Shown in pieces: positions 34,009 to 52,932 of a DNA stretch of 64,000 nt; the stretch's first letter is position 1; the number at the start of each line of letters is the position of its first letter. The notes beneath the pieces were generated by a model. That model was given only the letters and a program-made list of their open reading frames with translations. It ran no database searches and was not told where the DNA came from. The stretch lies in the NCBI RefSeq assembly GCF_009914755.1, contig NC_060930.1. One strand, written 5' to 3'. The position numbers and the translations under genes were made by a program. This stretch comes from the human T2T-CHM13v2.0 reference genome, Homo sapiens.

Positions 34009-35235
34009 CAGTAGTCCCCCTTATCTGGGATTTCACTTTCTGAGATTTCAGTTACCTGGGGTCATCCACAGCCCAAAAATACTAAATATGACATTTCACA
34101 AATAAACAATATATAAGTTTAAAACTGTGCACCCGTCTAAGCAGGATGATGAAATCTCTGTCCCAACCAGGACCTCAGTGCTCCCTTTGTCCAGCTGTCT
34201 CCTTGCTGTAGATGCTCCCCACTCGTTATCACTTAGCAGCCATCTCAGCTATCAGACGGACTGTCCCAGGATAGCAGTGCTTGTATTCCAGTAACACTTA
34301 TTTTATTTAATAATGGTGTTAAAGGGCAAGAGAAGTGATGCTGGCAATTCAGATATGCCAAGAGAAGCCATAAAGGTCTTCCTTTAAGTGAAAATGAGCC
34401 AGGATAGTTCCCTTGACCCTTTAATGGGCAGGAACTGGAGTGCACCGGCTGAGTCTAGCAGGCCACTTTGGTGCCAACAGGGACAAACTTCACTCACTCA
34501 AACCCACTGGGCTCAACCCCTCATGGGAGGGAGCATGCAAGCCAGCATCTAGGGGTGTGTTACAGTTAATGCTTTTGTAGCTTTGCCATCCATGGACAGC
34601 TAAGCGTTGACAGCTCAGTGGAGAGTCAGGATGATAGCCTTCTTCACCTGCCTTTTTGACACCCAAGTTCTTGTTCAGCATCCAGGAATAACCAGGTTGC
34701 ACGAACAGTTTGCAAGGTGATGAATGCAGAGGATTTTATTAAGTGACGGAAGTGGCTCTCAGTGGAAGGAAAGCTGGAAAGGGGATGGTGCAAGAAGAAG
34801 ATGATCTGTCCCCAAGTCCGGCTGTCTCCGGCCAGGCTCCCCTCCAAGGTCCTGCCTTCTGAAGTTAAGCTGCGTCTATCCATAGTCTCCGACGCTCAGT
34901 TGCTGCTTCTCCTCTTCATGTTCAGCCACTTGTCTCTTCGCCAGTTGAGGTCTGGGGTTTATATAGGCACAGGATAGGGTGGCAGGGCGGGCCAAAAAGG
35001 CAACATGTGGGTGAGAAAACAGGGATAACTCTTCTCATTTAGTGCCACATTTTCCAGGCTTGAAGGTGGGGACTTTGCCGGGGAACCACCCTCTTCTGCC
35101 CAGTATTTTCCTGCCTCCCGTCCATATCAAAAATATGACCTTGGCATTTCTTGGCTGGGGTTCAGTCTATCCACAGTTTCAGGCATCCACTGGGGATCTT
35201 GGAACATATTCCCCTCAAATAAGGTGGGACGACCG
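34009..35235 (+). mobile_element. MER44 (Tigger7-derived) DNA transposon, interrupted by LTR
   Basis: TA|CAGTAGTCCCCCTTATC start; GGCATCCACTGGGGATCTTGGAACATATTCCCC...CCG|TA end. Confidence 0.8.
34395..35129 (-). mobile_element. LTR1/LTR27/LTR28-family solo LTR
   Basis: TGAGCCAGGATAGTTCCCTTGACCC...GCCCAGTATTTTCCTGCCTCCCGTCCATATCA; TSD AAAA/AAAA. Confidence 0.85.
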
Positions 35236-36304
35236 TAGCTGCTATTGTAAAGATTTAGCCTCATACTTCATACAAGTTACATCTAGACCTATATATATAA
35301 TAATATATATATATTTATATATATATATGTAATACAAATTGCTTAATATTTTGAAATCTTTCCCAGTTACCATGGGTAATTCTTGTGAACAGCCTCCTCA
35401 TTCAAACACTGTAACAGGAAGAGATGGGTGAAGGTAGACACTAGACACAAATAAGAAATGATACTTCCTTACACAAGAAGCTACTGCATTCAGCTCTCTG
35501 AGAAAATGTGTTTGACGGGGTCATTCATTTATCTTTTCTCTCAGTTTATCTTTTGAGCATTTCTGCTACTCAAAACCACTGGGTTCTCCACAGCAGTGTC
35601 GGCAGAGAACAACCTCACAGTGTTCAGACGCAGTTGCCTTTTGTTGCAAAGCTATCAAGGACAATGTGCAGGAATTTTTCTGAAGTATTTTCCTGCGGTC
35701 TGATCAGTGCTAATCATGATGGCAGATGTTTTAAGGTTATGAATTTTACTGTGTCAGGGCTGAGCACTTGATCTTGAGTGACAGAGGCTCTGTGTGTTTT
35801 TTTGTTTTTTGTTCTTTTACTGTATTTGTGATATGTGCACGGGCCTTTAAATCATGGGCCCAATATAGGGCCTGTTCTTACGCAGGATGGAATTGCACCC
35901 ATTCCATAAAATCGGCCTCATTTTATTGTTTATATCTCAATTGTACATGTGATTCATTTGATTGCTCAACTTTATTTACCATCCTGGGCTCGAAATAACT
36001 TTGATTGTTTTAAAAATCATGCCTGTCCACAAATGATGGTCTTTTACCATCCCATGATATCCAGAAAATTTCCAGAATATATTTTGGATTCATAAGGAGA
36101 ATCCCAAAAACTTTTGAACAGCAGCAGCAGCCCTAGACTATCTGTGCAGTTTCTCAAGGTAAAGCATTTCAAAGTCAACAATATTGATTTATTAAAGAAC
36201 ATGTTGTTTTAAAATCCAATCTTGAGAGCTCACGGGTACCTGGCTACCATCCTGTAAAAACTAGAAGAGGCTGAGAAAGTTGCTGAGGAAAGAGGGAAGT
36301 TTGA

Positions 36305-37208
<904 letters not shown>

Positions 37209-38229
37209 AGTCTTATTAAATCCAAGGAGGGGAAGACTAGGGTTGAGCTTGCTGAGAGACTGAGAGCCACATCAGAAAAGATGATGACTTGGAAACTGAA
37301 TCAAAATGCACCAGAGAGAGGCAATTCTAAACACAAAAAATGCTGGGCCGGGCTTTGCTGGAACTGATTGAGGTGTGGAACACCCTCATTCCTGCACTGA
37401 GCTACTCCTCCCTGACTCCACCTGAGCCTACTTGCCCCAAATTAACCTTTAAACTGAGGGCTGACATTTACCTGGCAGGCACCTTTCTTCTCCTTCCTCT
37501 TTCCTTCCCAAATTGCCTATGCCACTCTCCCCATAAATCTCATCTAAGCTCTGGGCCAAAGACCTTCAGGAACAACATGTAAGGGAATGTGAGCAAAAAA
37601 GTCTTTAAAAACATATGATGGACACATTTTGTAATTACCTTTATTGATGTTGTGTATAAAACATTCCAGATAATTCTACAGCTCTTAAGCTGTATGTAAG
37701 CACTTTTTCAAATTTTAAAGGTAACTTTTCAGCCTAATCTATACTGGTCCCTCTCTCCTTATCAGAGCCAAACACTGAAACTTCATTATTCCATGCCAAG
37801 CACCGTGTAAACCAGAAAGATGATTTCAGGAGGAGTTTGCATACCTCCAAAAACAAAATTCCCAGGTTAAGGGCATCCTGGGGCATGTTTTTAAGTTAGT
37901 GACCAAACAAATCAACGTGATGAGACTGTTTTAGAAAACCAAACCTTTGTCTCATTCTTTCTGTAGCCTCCTCCAACAGAACAACTCACATATCATGTTA
38001 TGGCATCTACTTCTTCCCATAACTTGTTTGCAAAAAATGTTTGCCACTGATTTAGCTAGGCAAAACTCATCTCATCCCATGTTCCTGGATCAAAACCTTC
38101 CCTGGTTTCTTTTAGAGGGAAATGGCATTTCAAGACCACAATCTGGTCTGTAAAGATGCTTATTGCTACGAGTTGTTCACTGTTTCATGAATATAATATT
38201 CTCCAAGTTCTCACAAGTTGAAAACAGAT

Positions 38230-39340
38230 TGTCTATACCCTTCATACTTAAAATTCATTTTTCCTGGATATAAAATTCTTGGCTCTAATTTTCTGTCCTT
38301 GAGTATTTAAAATGTTGACTCCATTTTCTTCTAACGTAAAGTGGTGGTGTTGAAAAATGATAATCTCAGTTTCTTTCCCTTATAAATAACATGATCTTTT
38401 TGGCTAGAGGCCCAAAGGATTTTTTTTTTTTCTCTAAAATCCTGTAATCCTGTACTTTTACTAAAATATGTCTTAGTGTTGGTCATTCTGGGTCAATATT
38501 CTCAAACATGCAATGCACTTTCTTCAATATAGAATTTCAATTTTCTATTTCATACAGTTTTCTTGAACTATAATTTGTGATAGTTGTTCTATTCCCTAAC
38601 TTTTGTATATTTTTTCCAGAAACTCCTGTTAGCCATATTTTATATCCTCTTTGTCTATCTTCAATATTTATCAATTTCTCTTTGTTTTTTCATATAGTTC
38701 TTCATTTTTTAACCTTTAAAAATGTTTTCCCTTTCCATCTTCTATTTCTTTTAAGGAGTTTGTGCTTGCATTTTTTCTTGTTTAGTTTTAAGAAATTATT
38801 TATTTTCTTTCTGGCTCTTTCCTTAGTTCTATGACCACATTCTAAGTTTTTAAAAATTCTGATTTGTGTTATTTTTTCAACTTTTTGTACAATTTTCTTA
38901 TTGCCTTTTAGCTTATTGTGAAAGAGAAGATTACAATTTTGATCTTCTCTATGGACATGGCTTTCTGCCATGCTTTCATTGTCTGTAGGGATATTATCTT
39001 GCTCTTTGTTATCTTTTTTCTAATAGCTTTGTGTAGGAATTGGTTGCTATCAATTTCCCACACTCATTTTATGTGAAATTGGTTTGCTGAACTTTTAGAA
39101 GGAGGCATGGTTCAGGGTAGCTTTTTAACTTCATACGACCCTCACTTCTGTTACCTGAAAACAATAAAATGTAATGAATACAGTGTTCAAAAATCAAGTG
39201 GCTTGCTTTCTGAGATTTCTTGGGTGTGTCCTCTCTCACATGTATTTAGATCTTCTCTTTATTATTCTCTCTTACTACCAGCACTTTTTCTTCAAAGTGG
39301 AGTGCTCTCTTGGAAAAAGGCCCTGGTAGACCAATTTTGA
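38230..39340 (-). mobile_element. HAL1 or old L1 ORF1-region remnant
   Basis: CTGGATATAAAATTCTTGG...CTCCATTTTCTTCT...GTTCTATTCC T-rich antisense ORF1-like sequence. Confidence 0.6.
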
Positions 39341-39349
39341 GAGTTCATA

Positions 39350-39700
39350 GGTCTTTGGGCCTCCTGGGTGTGAGTCATAGCCATATTCCCAGGTGTAGAC
39401 TATGTTGCCTCTAGAATTCATAGAGGCCCACCAGGCGCTGTGCTTCCTTCTTTGTGTTAGGGGATGCAAGATGCAGCAATATGCCCTTACTTTGGAGGAT
39501 ATGTACCAACACAATCCTGTCCACTAGACCCCTAAAAACCTTCCTGAGTTGGCAGATCTCTGGATCTTTGTAGGATTTATTTCCCATTCTCTGGAGTACA
39601 TGGGTCTCACCAAGGCTTCCAACTTGCACAAGCCACCTCTTACTCATCCTTCCTGACCAGTATGATATCACAGATGTCAATCAATGTGATGTTCTACAGC
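39350..39700 (-). pseudogene. ERVL-class pol (reverse transcriptase) fragment
   Basis: Frames give WEINPTKIQ...FLGV*W and LLHLASPNTKKEAQRLVGLYEF*RQH, matching ERVL RT; stops and frameshifts present. Confidence 0.85.
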
Positions 39701-39947
39701 ACTGATTACTAGACAAAAAATTAGAAATAAAAATTTCTAATAAAAAATTAGAAATAACCTAAATACCCATCAATGCCTATGACTGAGTAAATTATTACAC
39801 AATATTAATTATTATACAATAATTTACTCAATCATAGGCATTGATGGATATTTAGCATATTCATCAATGGATATTCAGCATATCTATATTTAGGCATTGA
39901 TGATATTTAATATATCATAGAAACCTCTGTGAATCTATAGATGTTTC

Positions 39948-40248
<301 letters not shown>

Positions 40249-40508
40249 TGATCTGTTTCCTTTTAGTGGCTGCATCAACATGAACATGCAGCCATTAAAA
40301 GCAAACAGATCTATACATTTACAGAGGTTTCTATATTATTACATGAAAAATGCAAGTTACAGAGTGCTGAGTATAGTGTGTGCCTATTTATGCACAAAGA
40401 AAAATATATGTTTGTATTTATTGTTATTATGGTTTGTATATGCATAAAAGGTCTGGAAGGTACACAGTAAGCTGTTGTGTCAGTGTGTCTCCTAAGAGTG
40501 GAGAACAA

Positions 40509-40853
<345 letters not shown>

Positions 40854-41439
40854 TCAGTTTTAATTTCCACAAGACTGTCAGAAATTCTGTTGCTCAATAG
40901 TGCCTTGGGGATAATATGATTTTGAGGAACTGTACCATGGTTTTAGCTCACATGTCACATATCTGAAACAATGAGCCCCTGAAATTAAGGGGAAAATGAG
41001 CATTGAGGTCACATACACTTTTCCACAGAACATGGCTTCAAGATTATTCATTTTACTGCTACTTAGTATTTCATGAAGAGGTTGTATCTGTTTATTTAAG
41101 TTTTACCTGCCTCTTGAACATGAAAGTTACCTGCAATTTCCCCTGCTTTCAATATCTCTGCTATAAATATATTTGAATATGTAGGTTTAAAAAAAATCTT
41201 TGGGATTATTCCTTAGATAAATCCTCCCTGGGTCCAAATCTGTGATCCTCTCACAATTCATGTTACCTATTATCCTCCAGAATGACTGTCACCTCCAAGT
41301 GAAATTGCCAAAAGCAGTTCCCACATTCTCAACTTCCTCGAGTCCTATTTATTCGTGTTAAGTTGAATTTATTCTTTCACATTAAAGGCCAGAGAGTTCT
41401 GCCTAGACTACTTAGAAATGGTCAGTGTGCCACTTAACA

Positions 41440-41628
41440 CCATTGGCTTTCCTAGCTCTCAGACCTTCAAACTCAAACTGGATCTAAACCACCAGCTCTC
41501 CTGGATCTCCAGCTTGCTGACTACAGATCCTGGGACTTCTTGGTCTCTGTAATTGCTGAGCCAATTCCTTATATTAAACATATATCTCCCATTGGCTCTG
41601 TTTCTCTGGAGAATCCCAGCTGATACAA
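41440..41628 (+). mobile_element. MLT2 LTR 3' fragment
   Basis: CTCCAGCTTGCTGACTACAGATCCTGGGACTTC...ATTGGCTCTGTTTCTCTGGAGAA. Confidence 0.75.
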
Positions 41629-41758
41629 TAAGATAGAAAACTAGATAAATAAAGATATTATAATTAAAATAATATTTCAGTTTAATTATTAACTATGATA
41701 TACATAGGTATCTCTGTAACCGATGCTCTCTGAATAAAATATTCAAATAAACATGTTA

Positions 41759-43390
<1,632 letters not shown>

Positions 43391-43552
43391 ATACTGCTTA
43401 CCTATTTCATGAATTTGCCTGGTACTCTATCAGGTAGCTAAAAGGAACCCTAAGCCTACCATATAATAAATTGTACTGGGTACAACTGCCAAGTCGCAGA
43501 ATATTAGTGGTGGACTGAAAGTGTCGTGGGAGATTTGGACAGCTTCTACCGT

Positions 43553-44872
43553 TGAGAGGTGAAAGCGTGCTGGCAGTCCTCACAGCCCTCGCTCGCTCTC
43601 GGTGCCTCCTCTGCATGGGCTCCCACTTTGGCAGCACTTGAGGAGCGCTTCAGCCCGCCGCTGCACTGGAGCCCCTTTCTGGGCTGGCCAAGGCCGGAGC
43701 CGGCTCCCTCAGCTTACGGGGAGGTGTGGAAGGAGAGGCGCGGGAGAGAACCGGGGCTGCGCAAAGCGCTTGCGGGCCAGCGCGAGTTCCCGCCGGCCCG
43801 GGCAGTGAGGAGCTTAGCACCTGGGGCAGCAGCTGCTGTGCTCACTTTCTCACCGGCCCTTACCTGCTTTCCCGCGGGGAAGGGCTCGGACCTGCAGCCC
43901 GCCATGCCTGAGCCTCCCCGCCGCCCTCCGTGGGTTCCTGCGCTGCCCCCTGCTCTACCGCGCCCAGTCCCATTGACTACCCAAGGGCTGAGGAATGGGG
44001 GCGCATGGCGCGGGACTAGCAGGCAGCTCCACCTGCGAACCCCGTGCACATCCACTGGGTGAAGCCAGCTGGGTTCCTGAGTCTGGTGGGGACTTGGAGA
44101 ACCTTTATGTCTAGCTAAGGGATTGTAAATACACCAATGGGCACTCTGTATCTAGCTCAAGGTTTATAAACACACCAATCAGCACCCTGTGTCTAGCTCA
44201 GGGTTTGTGAATGCACCAATCAACACTCTGTATCTAGCTACTCTGGTGGGGACTTGGAGAACCTTTGTGTGGACACTCCATGTTTACCTAATCTAGTGAG
44301 GATGTGGAGAACCTTTGTGTCTAGCTCAGGGATTGTAAATGCACCAATCAGCACCCTGTCAAAACAGACCACTTGGCGCTCTGTAAAGTGGACCAATCAG
44401 CAGGATGTGGGTGGGGCCAGATAATAGAATAAAAGCAGGCTGCCCTAGCCAGCCCTGGCAACCGGCCCTGATCCCCTTCTGCACTGTGGAAGCTTTGTTG
44501 TTTCACTCTTTGCAGCAAATCTTGCTGCTACTAACTTTCTGAGTCCACACTGTGTTTATGAGGTGTTGTACTCACTGTGAAGGTCTGCAGCTTCACTGTT
44601 AGAACCAGCAAGATCACGAACCCAGCAGGAGGAACGAACTCGAGACGGGCCGCCTTAACAGCTGTAATACTCACCGCGAATGTCTGTAGTTTCACTCCTG
44701 AGCTTCTGAGACCACAAACCTTACCAGAAGAAAGAAACTCAAAACACATCCAAACATCAGAAGGAATAAACTCAGGACATGCTGCCTTTAAGAACTGTGA
44801 CACTCACTGTGAGGATCCACAGCTTCCTTCTTGAAAATCAGTGAAACCAAGAATCTGCTAATTCTGGACACA
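43553..44872 (+). mobile_element. ERV9 LTR12 solo LTR, copy D
   Basis: TGAGAGGTGAAAGCGTGCTGG...AATTCTGGACACA; five CCAAT boxes; R-region AATAAA reads AGCAAA. Confidence 0.95.
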
Positions 44873-46424
44873 CTTTAACATAACCATCATCCTTTTAGGT
44901 TAGGGCCAGCTGCAACTAAATCTCCTCTCTCCAAGTCAAAACCACATTATGAGCCTGAAAGAGGACAAAATATAATTAAAAGATATCCTCCCTTGGTATC
45001 ATACAGTTGACCTTTCTTTTATCTCTGAAAACCTAAACTTGATGTGATGTTTCACGAAGTATTTGAGATGTTCCCCCAGTTTTGTGGGGTGAGGCACCCT
45101 TACCTAGACTCTTGAAAAGGCATTTTTAAGTCCTGTGGCAGCCAAATCACCTCAGAAGTAGCCCAGCCAATACCCAGCAGTGAGGGAAACTGCTCCTGGT
45201 GAGGATTACCCATCATGCCTGTGTGCCCCGCCTACACCATGCATCTAGCAGCAATCCCCTCAACAAGTTTTGGAGGGACCTGAGGAATAAACAAATTTTT
45301 GCCCCTCCAGGTTGTCCACTCCTACTGGTCACTTTCCCTATCACTACTAATTGGTTGGAAGTCCTAGTCACTCTACACTGTCATTTTTGTGGTGTAATAT
45401 CCTCAGTGGTAAATCAATGACAAAAGAAGTGGAATGATTTGATGGCTTATAAAAGTGATCAGGTCTTCAGAAAGCCTGTGTGCAGGTGTTTTATTATGAG
45501 GCATTTCAAACAGTCAAGAAAACAGGGAGAAGAAAACAAGCTCTCAGTCACCACCATCCAGATTTAATAAATGTTCCCATTTCCCCATGTTTACTTCACA
45601 TGTTTCTAAGGAAATAAAGTATCACAGATGTAGTTGAAGTCCTGTTTCTCCCTGTTCTTGAAGTCACGTTATTATTTTTTAACTTTAAAAACTTAAATAC
45701 CTAGATTGTGAACATAGCGGTAATAAATCTGAAAAGAGCGTTCAAAGGCAAAGTGAAAATTCTATTCTTGTGTTCTACGGGCTTTGATTTAACTAGTGAT
45801 AGGGCCACATTTTCCTTCTCATTTATGGTGCCATTCTTTTTCCTTTTTCAAAGAATCTCAAACCCAGAATTAGAGTTTTTCATTGTGTACTAGCAGGTTG
45901 TGAACAAAAAGTAGATCCATATTTCCTTCCAAATTTCTACCTGACTTCAATCTAAATTATTAACGTTTAAAATGCCCAAAGACATCACAGAGGTCTTGCG
46001 TAATTTCGCAAGTTAAGACATTTGGTTTTATATTTTATTTTCTCATAGAGTAACCATTTAGGGTTGCAATGTGGCAGAGTGCTAAACAAATAAACAAAAA
46101 GAAAGAAAAAAGCCAAAAAACGAAGTGCTGCTTTTGCCCAATCAAAATCTTTCTATTCAACTCACTTTTTATTCATTTCCATCAAAATCTGAATATTTAC
46201 TTATCCACCAATTTGTTCAAATTTATGTAACTCAGGGTGAAAGCTCAGTAAATTTAATAAAAATTTATGTTATGTTATTAACTGGATTTTAGTTAGCATC
46301 TGAATTTTTACATCCTATAAGACTGGACTGTCTAGAAGTTAAGAACTTTTTATTACTTTCCAAGGATCTATTTGGAAAATCTAGATTTCCCCTTAAGTTC
46401 ATTATTTTAAATTATTCTTTAAGA

Positions 46425-46917
46425 AATAAAAGGCATTCAAATAGAAAAGAAAATTAGTAAAATTTTCACTATTTGCACTTATATATACAAAACCCTGAAG
46501 ACTCCATTAAAAAAATTGTTAGAACCAATAAGCAAATTCTGTAAAGTTGCAAGGTACAAAATCAATGCACAAAAATCACTAGGGTTTCTATACATTAACA
46601 GCAGGCTATACAAAAAATAAATCAAGAAAACAATCCCATTTACAATAGCTACAAAAAAAGTAAGTACTTAGAAATAAATTTAACCAAAGAGGTGAAAGGT
46701 CTGTACACTAAAACTATAAAATATTAATGAAAAAATTTGAAGACACAAATGGAAAAATATCCTGTGTTCATGAATTTAAAGAATTAATATTTTTAGAAAG
46801 TCTATAGTGCCCAAAACAATCTACAGATTCAATGAAATTCCTATTAAAATTCCAATGTCATTTTTCACAGAATTAGAAAAAATAATCCTAAAATTCGTAT
46901 GTAACCACACACACACA

Positions 46918-46954
<37 letters not shown>

Positions 46955-49022
46955 CTGAATAGCTAAGGCAAAATTTAGCAAAAAGAACAAAGCAGCTGGG
47001 AATGGTGGCTCACATCTGTAATCCCAGCACTTTGGGAAGCTGAGACAAGAGGATCACTTGATTCCAGGGGTTCAAGACCGCCTAGAAAACATAGCAAGAC
47101 CTTGTCTCTACAAAAAATAAAAATAATAATAAAAATTTGCCAGACATGGTGATGCACATCTATAATTCCATCTCCTTAGAAGGTTGAGGTGAGGAGATCT
47201 CTTTAGCTCAAGAGTTTGAGTCCACAGTGAGCTATGATTGTACCACTGCACTCCGGCCTGGGTGACAAAGTGAGACCCTGTCTCAAAAAAAAAAAAAAAA
47301 AAAAGGACAAAGCTAGAGGCATCACCTTAACTTGATTTCAAACTATATTACAAAGCTATAATAGTTAAAACAGCATGGTACTGGCATAAAAACAGATACA
47401 TTGACCAACGGAATAGAAAAACAGAGAACCCAGAAATGAACCCACATATTATAATTCATTAATTTTTGACAAAGGTGTCAAAAACACACAATGGGAAAAG
47501 GACAATCTCTTCAATAAAGGGCATTGGGGAAACAGGATAACCACATGCAAAAGAATGATATCAGACTCTTATATCACACCATCTGCAAACATCAACTCAG
47601 GCTGGGCACAATGGCTCATGCCTGTCATCCCAGCACTTTGGGAGGCCAGGCGGGCAAATCGCTTAACCTCAGTAGTTCAAGATCTGGGCAACATGACAAA
47701 ATCCCGTCTATTTAAAAAAAACAAAAAAACCTCAAAATGATTAAATATTTAAATATAGGACTTGAAACTGTAAAACTAATGGAAGAAAACATCAGGAAAA
47801 AACTACACAGCATTGATTTGGGCAATTTTTTTGGATTTGACCCAAAAGGCTCAGACAACAAAAACAAAAATAGCCAAAGGGACTACACCAAACAAAAAAG
47901 CTTCTGTATGGCAAAGGAAACAATTAATAAAGAGACAACCTATGGATTGGGAGAAAATATTTGCAAGCTGTACATCTGATAAGGGCTTAATATCCAAAGG
48001 AACTCAAATAGTTAAATAACAAGAAAACAAATACCCCGATTTAAAAATGGGCAAAGGATCTTAATAGATATTTCTTGAAAGAAGACATAAAAATGGCCAG
48101 CAGATACACAAAAAATGCTTAACATCACCAATCATTAGGAAAATGCAAATTAAAAACACAATGAAATATCTCACACTTACAATAGCTATTATCAAAAGGA
48201 CAAAAGGTAACAAGTGTTGATGAGGATGTGGAGAAAAAGGAATCCTTGTACACTGTTGGTGGGATGTAAATTAGTACAGCCATTACAGAAAACTACACTA
48301 TGGAGGTTCCTCAAATCACTAAAAATAAAATCATGATATGATCCAGCAATCCGTCTTGTAGGTATAGATACAAAGGATTTGAAATTAGTATGAAATTAGT
48401 ATGTTGAGTTATCTGCAATCCCATGTTAATTACAGCCTTATTCACAATGACAAGTTGTGGAATCAAAATAAGTGTCTATAAATGGATGAATGGATAAAGA
48501 AAATGTAATAGATACCCACAATGGATTATTATTCAGCCTTTAAAAATAAAGAAATCCTATCATTTGCAACAACATGAAATGAACCTGGAGGACATTAAAC
48601 TAAGTGAAATAAGCCATAACCATGCACAGAAAGACAAAGACTGCAGTTCTCACTTACCTGTGGAATCTAAAACAATTGAACTTCTAGAAAGACAAAGTAG
48701 AATGGTGGTTACAGAGGCTAGGGCTTGGGAGAATGGGTATTGACTAAAGGGTAAGAAGTTTCAGTTAGACAAGAAGAGTAAGTTTTTTGAGACATATTGC
48801 ACAGTATAGTGACTATAGTTAATAATACTACATCATATATTTCAAAATTGCTAAGAGTAAATTTCAAAAGTTCTCAACACAAAATGCGATAATTATTTGT
48901 GATAATGGGTATGTTAATTAGCTGGATTTAATTATCCCACATTATATACATGTATCATAAGATCACTTTATACTCCATAAATATATACAATTATACTTTG
49001 TCAAAATACAATAAAAATTTTA
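46425..49022 (+). mobile_element. L1MA (L1MA6-8-like) ORF2 3' end and 3' UTR, with (CA)n 46906-46950, AluJ 46995-47303 and FLAM 47600-47730
   Basis: ORF2 remnants (KRQPMDWEKIFASCTSDKGLISK); L1MA-type 3' UTR ending CAATAAAAA. Confidence 0.9.
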
Positions 49023-49159
49023 AAACCAAATTATTCTTTGATAAAGTGTTATAGCCATTCTCAAAGAAGAAAATCACCAGAAGGATGTAATGACTTTCAC
49101 CAAAGAGTAAAGCAATGCTTCATCTTTCCAAGATTTCTCCACATCTCCTTCCCAGAGTT

Positions 49160-50703
<1,544 letters not shown>

Positions 50704-51109
50704 TAGCAACACACTTGATACATTTATAGAAACTACTACTTCTAAGTTTTGTTTCACTCCATGAAAAAATAAGAATTCAATTTTTAAAAAATCTATGCAT
50801 CTTTCAGAGAAAAGTATTTAACTCCTTTTTTATATTATACCATCCATTGAGCATGTCTTCAACATATTTTTCCTGAATGAATGAATAATGCTTTAGTGGG
50901 TGTTTGCCAAAAGTTCCAAAAATAATAATTCATATTTCCTACTAGGTTTGATTCTTTATAGACCTCCAGCTTCGCTTTTCTTCTTTACTAAAATTGGCTT
51001 TGAGTCACTGGTATGATTCATAACTTTAAAAAGCAAGTTGAACCTGAAATTGCCCTGGCAGGAAATTAGCTGAGGAACACAGAACAAGTGAAAGGGAGAA
51101 GCCCACCAC

Positions 51110-51143
<34 letters not shown>

Positions 51144-51949
51144 CTTTTTTTCATTTTCTGGTTCCTGATATGAAATGAGGAAGTGTCAACAAGTAACTTT
51201 ATTCTCATCTCTCTCCTTCCATTGCTTGAAATAGTCAAAATCAGATGCAAAGTACAGAGCGCTTAAATCTCCAGAATCCAAGAGGCACATGTTTCAGGTG
51301 TGGCTGGCCTCCCCACTCCACCCCTAGATGAGTCATTCATCGAGAGGTAAGCAGAGCAAGATGAATTGGCATCCTGTGGGTGAGAAAAGGTACAGACCCG
51401 GTTTCAAGAGATCCAGGTCAGGCCTTGACCCACAAAGAAATCATTGATGTCAGACAGGGAGAGACTGATGAGAAGAGCAGAGAGATGGCTGTCAGAGAGC
51501 AGAGAAGATTATCTAACACAGCCAGATCTGCTGGTATCCCATAAAAGGGCAGAGAGAGCAGAGGGGCGAGATGCGCAGGCGACATTGGGCAGGGGTTCTG
51601 ACTGATGTGAGGAGGCGAGGCTTTTCCTCGTTGTAGAAGGGCGGCCATCTTTGAAGATGGATCCTGAAACCTAAGAGGGTGCTTTCAGTTCCCGGCTTTC
51701 AATATCCTCTCTGCAACCCAAGCTTTCAATAATATCTGGCAGTTTGTTAGGAAGCCACTTTGCCTTCTCCTGGGCTATTTTCCCATGGATAATAGCAGCA
51801 TATCCTTTTGCTTGTCTGGAAGCCAGTAAAAGTAATTATTCTAGGAAAGTAAACAAGACACCCTCGGAGAGTATAATACAGTCAGGTCGGAGTGGGGTGG
51901 TTTGAGTCTTTAGTCAGTGCAAGGAGGTTTCCTAATACCCACCCCCCAT

Positions 51950-52932
<983 letters not shown>

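Noticed and set aside
51111-51140. Isolated A30 run as the tail of a processed pseudogene
   Set aside because: No upstream poly(A) signal, TSD or recognisable mRNA sequence.
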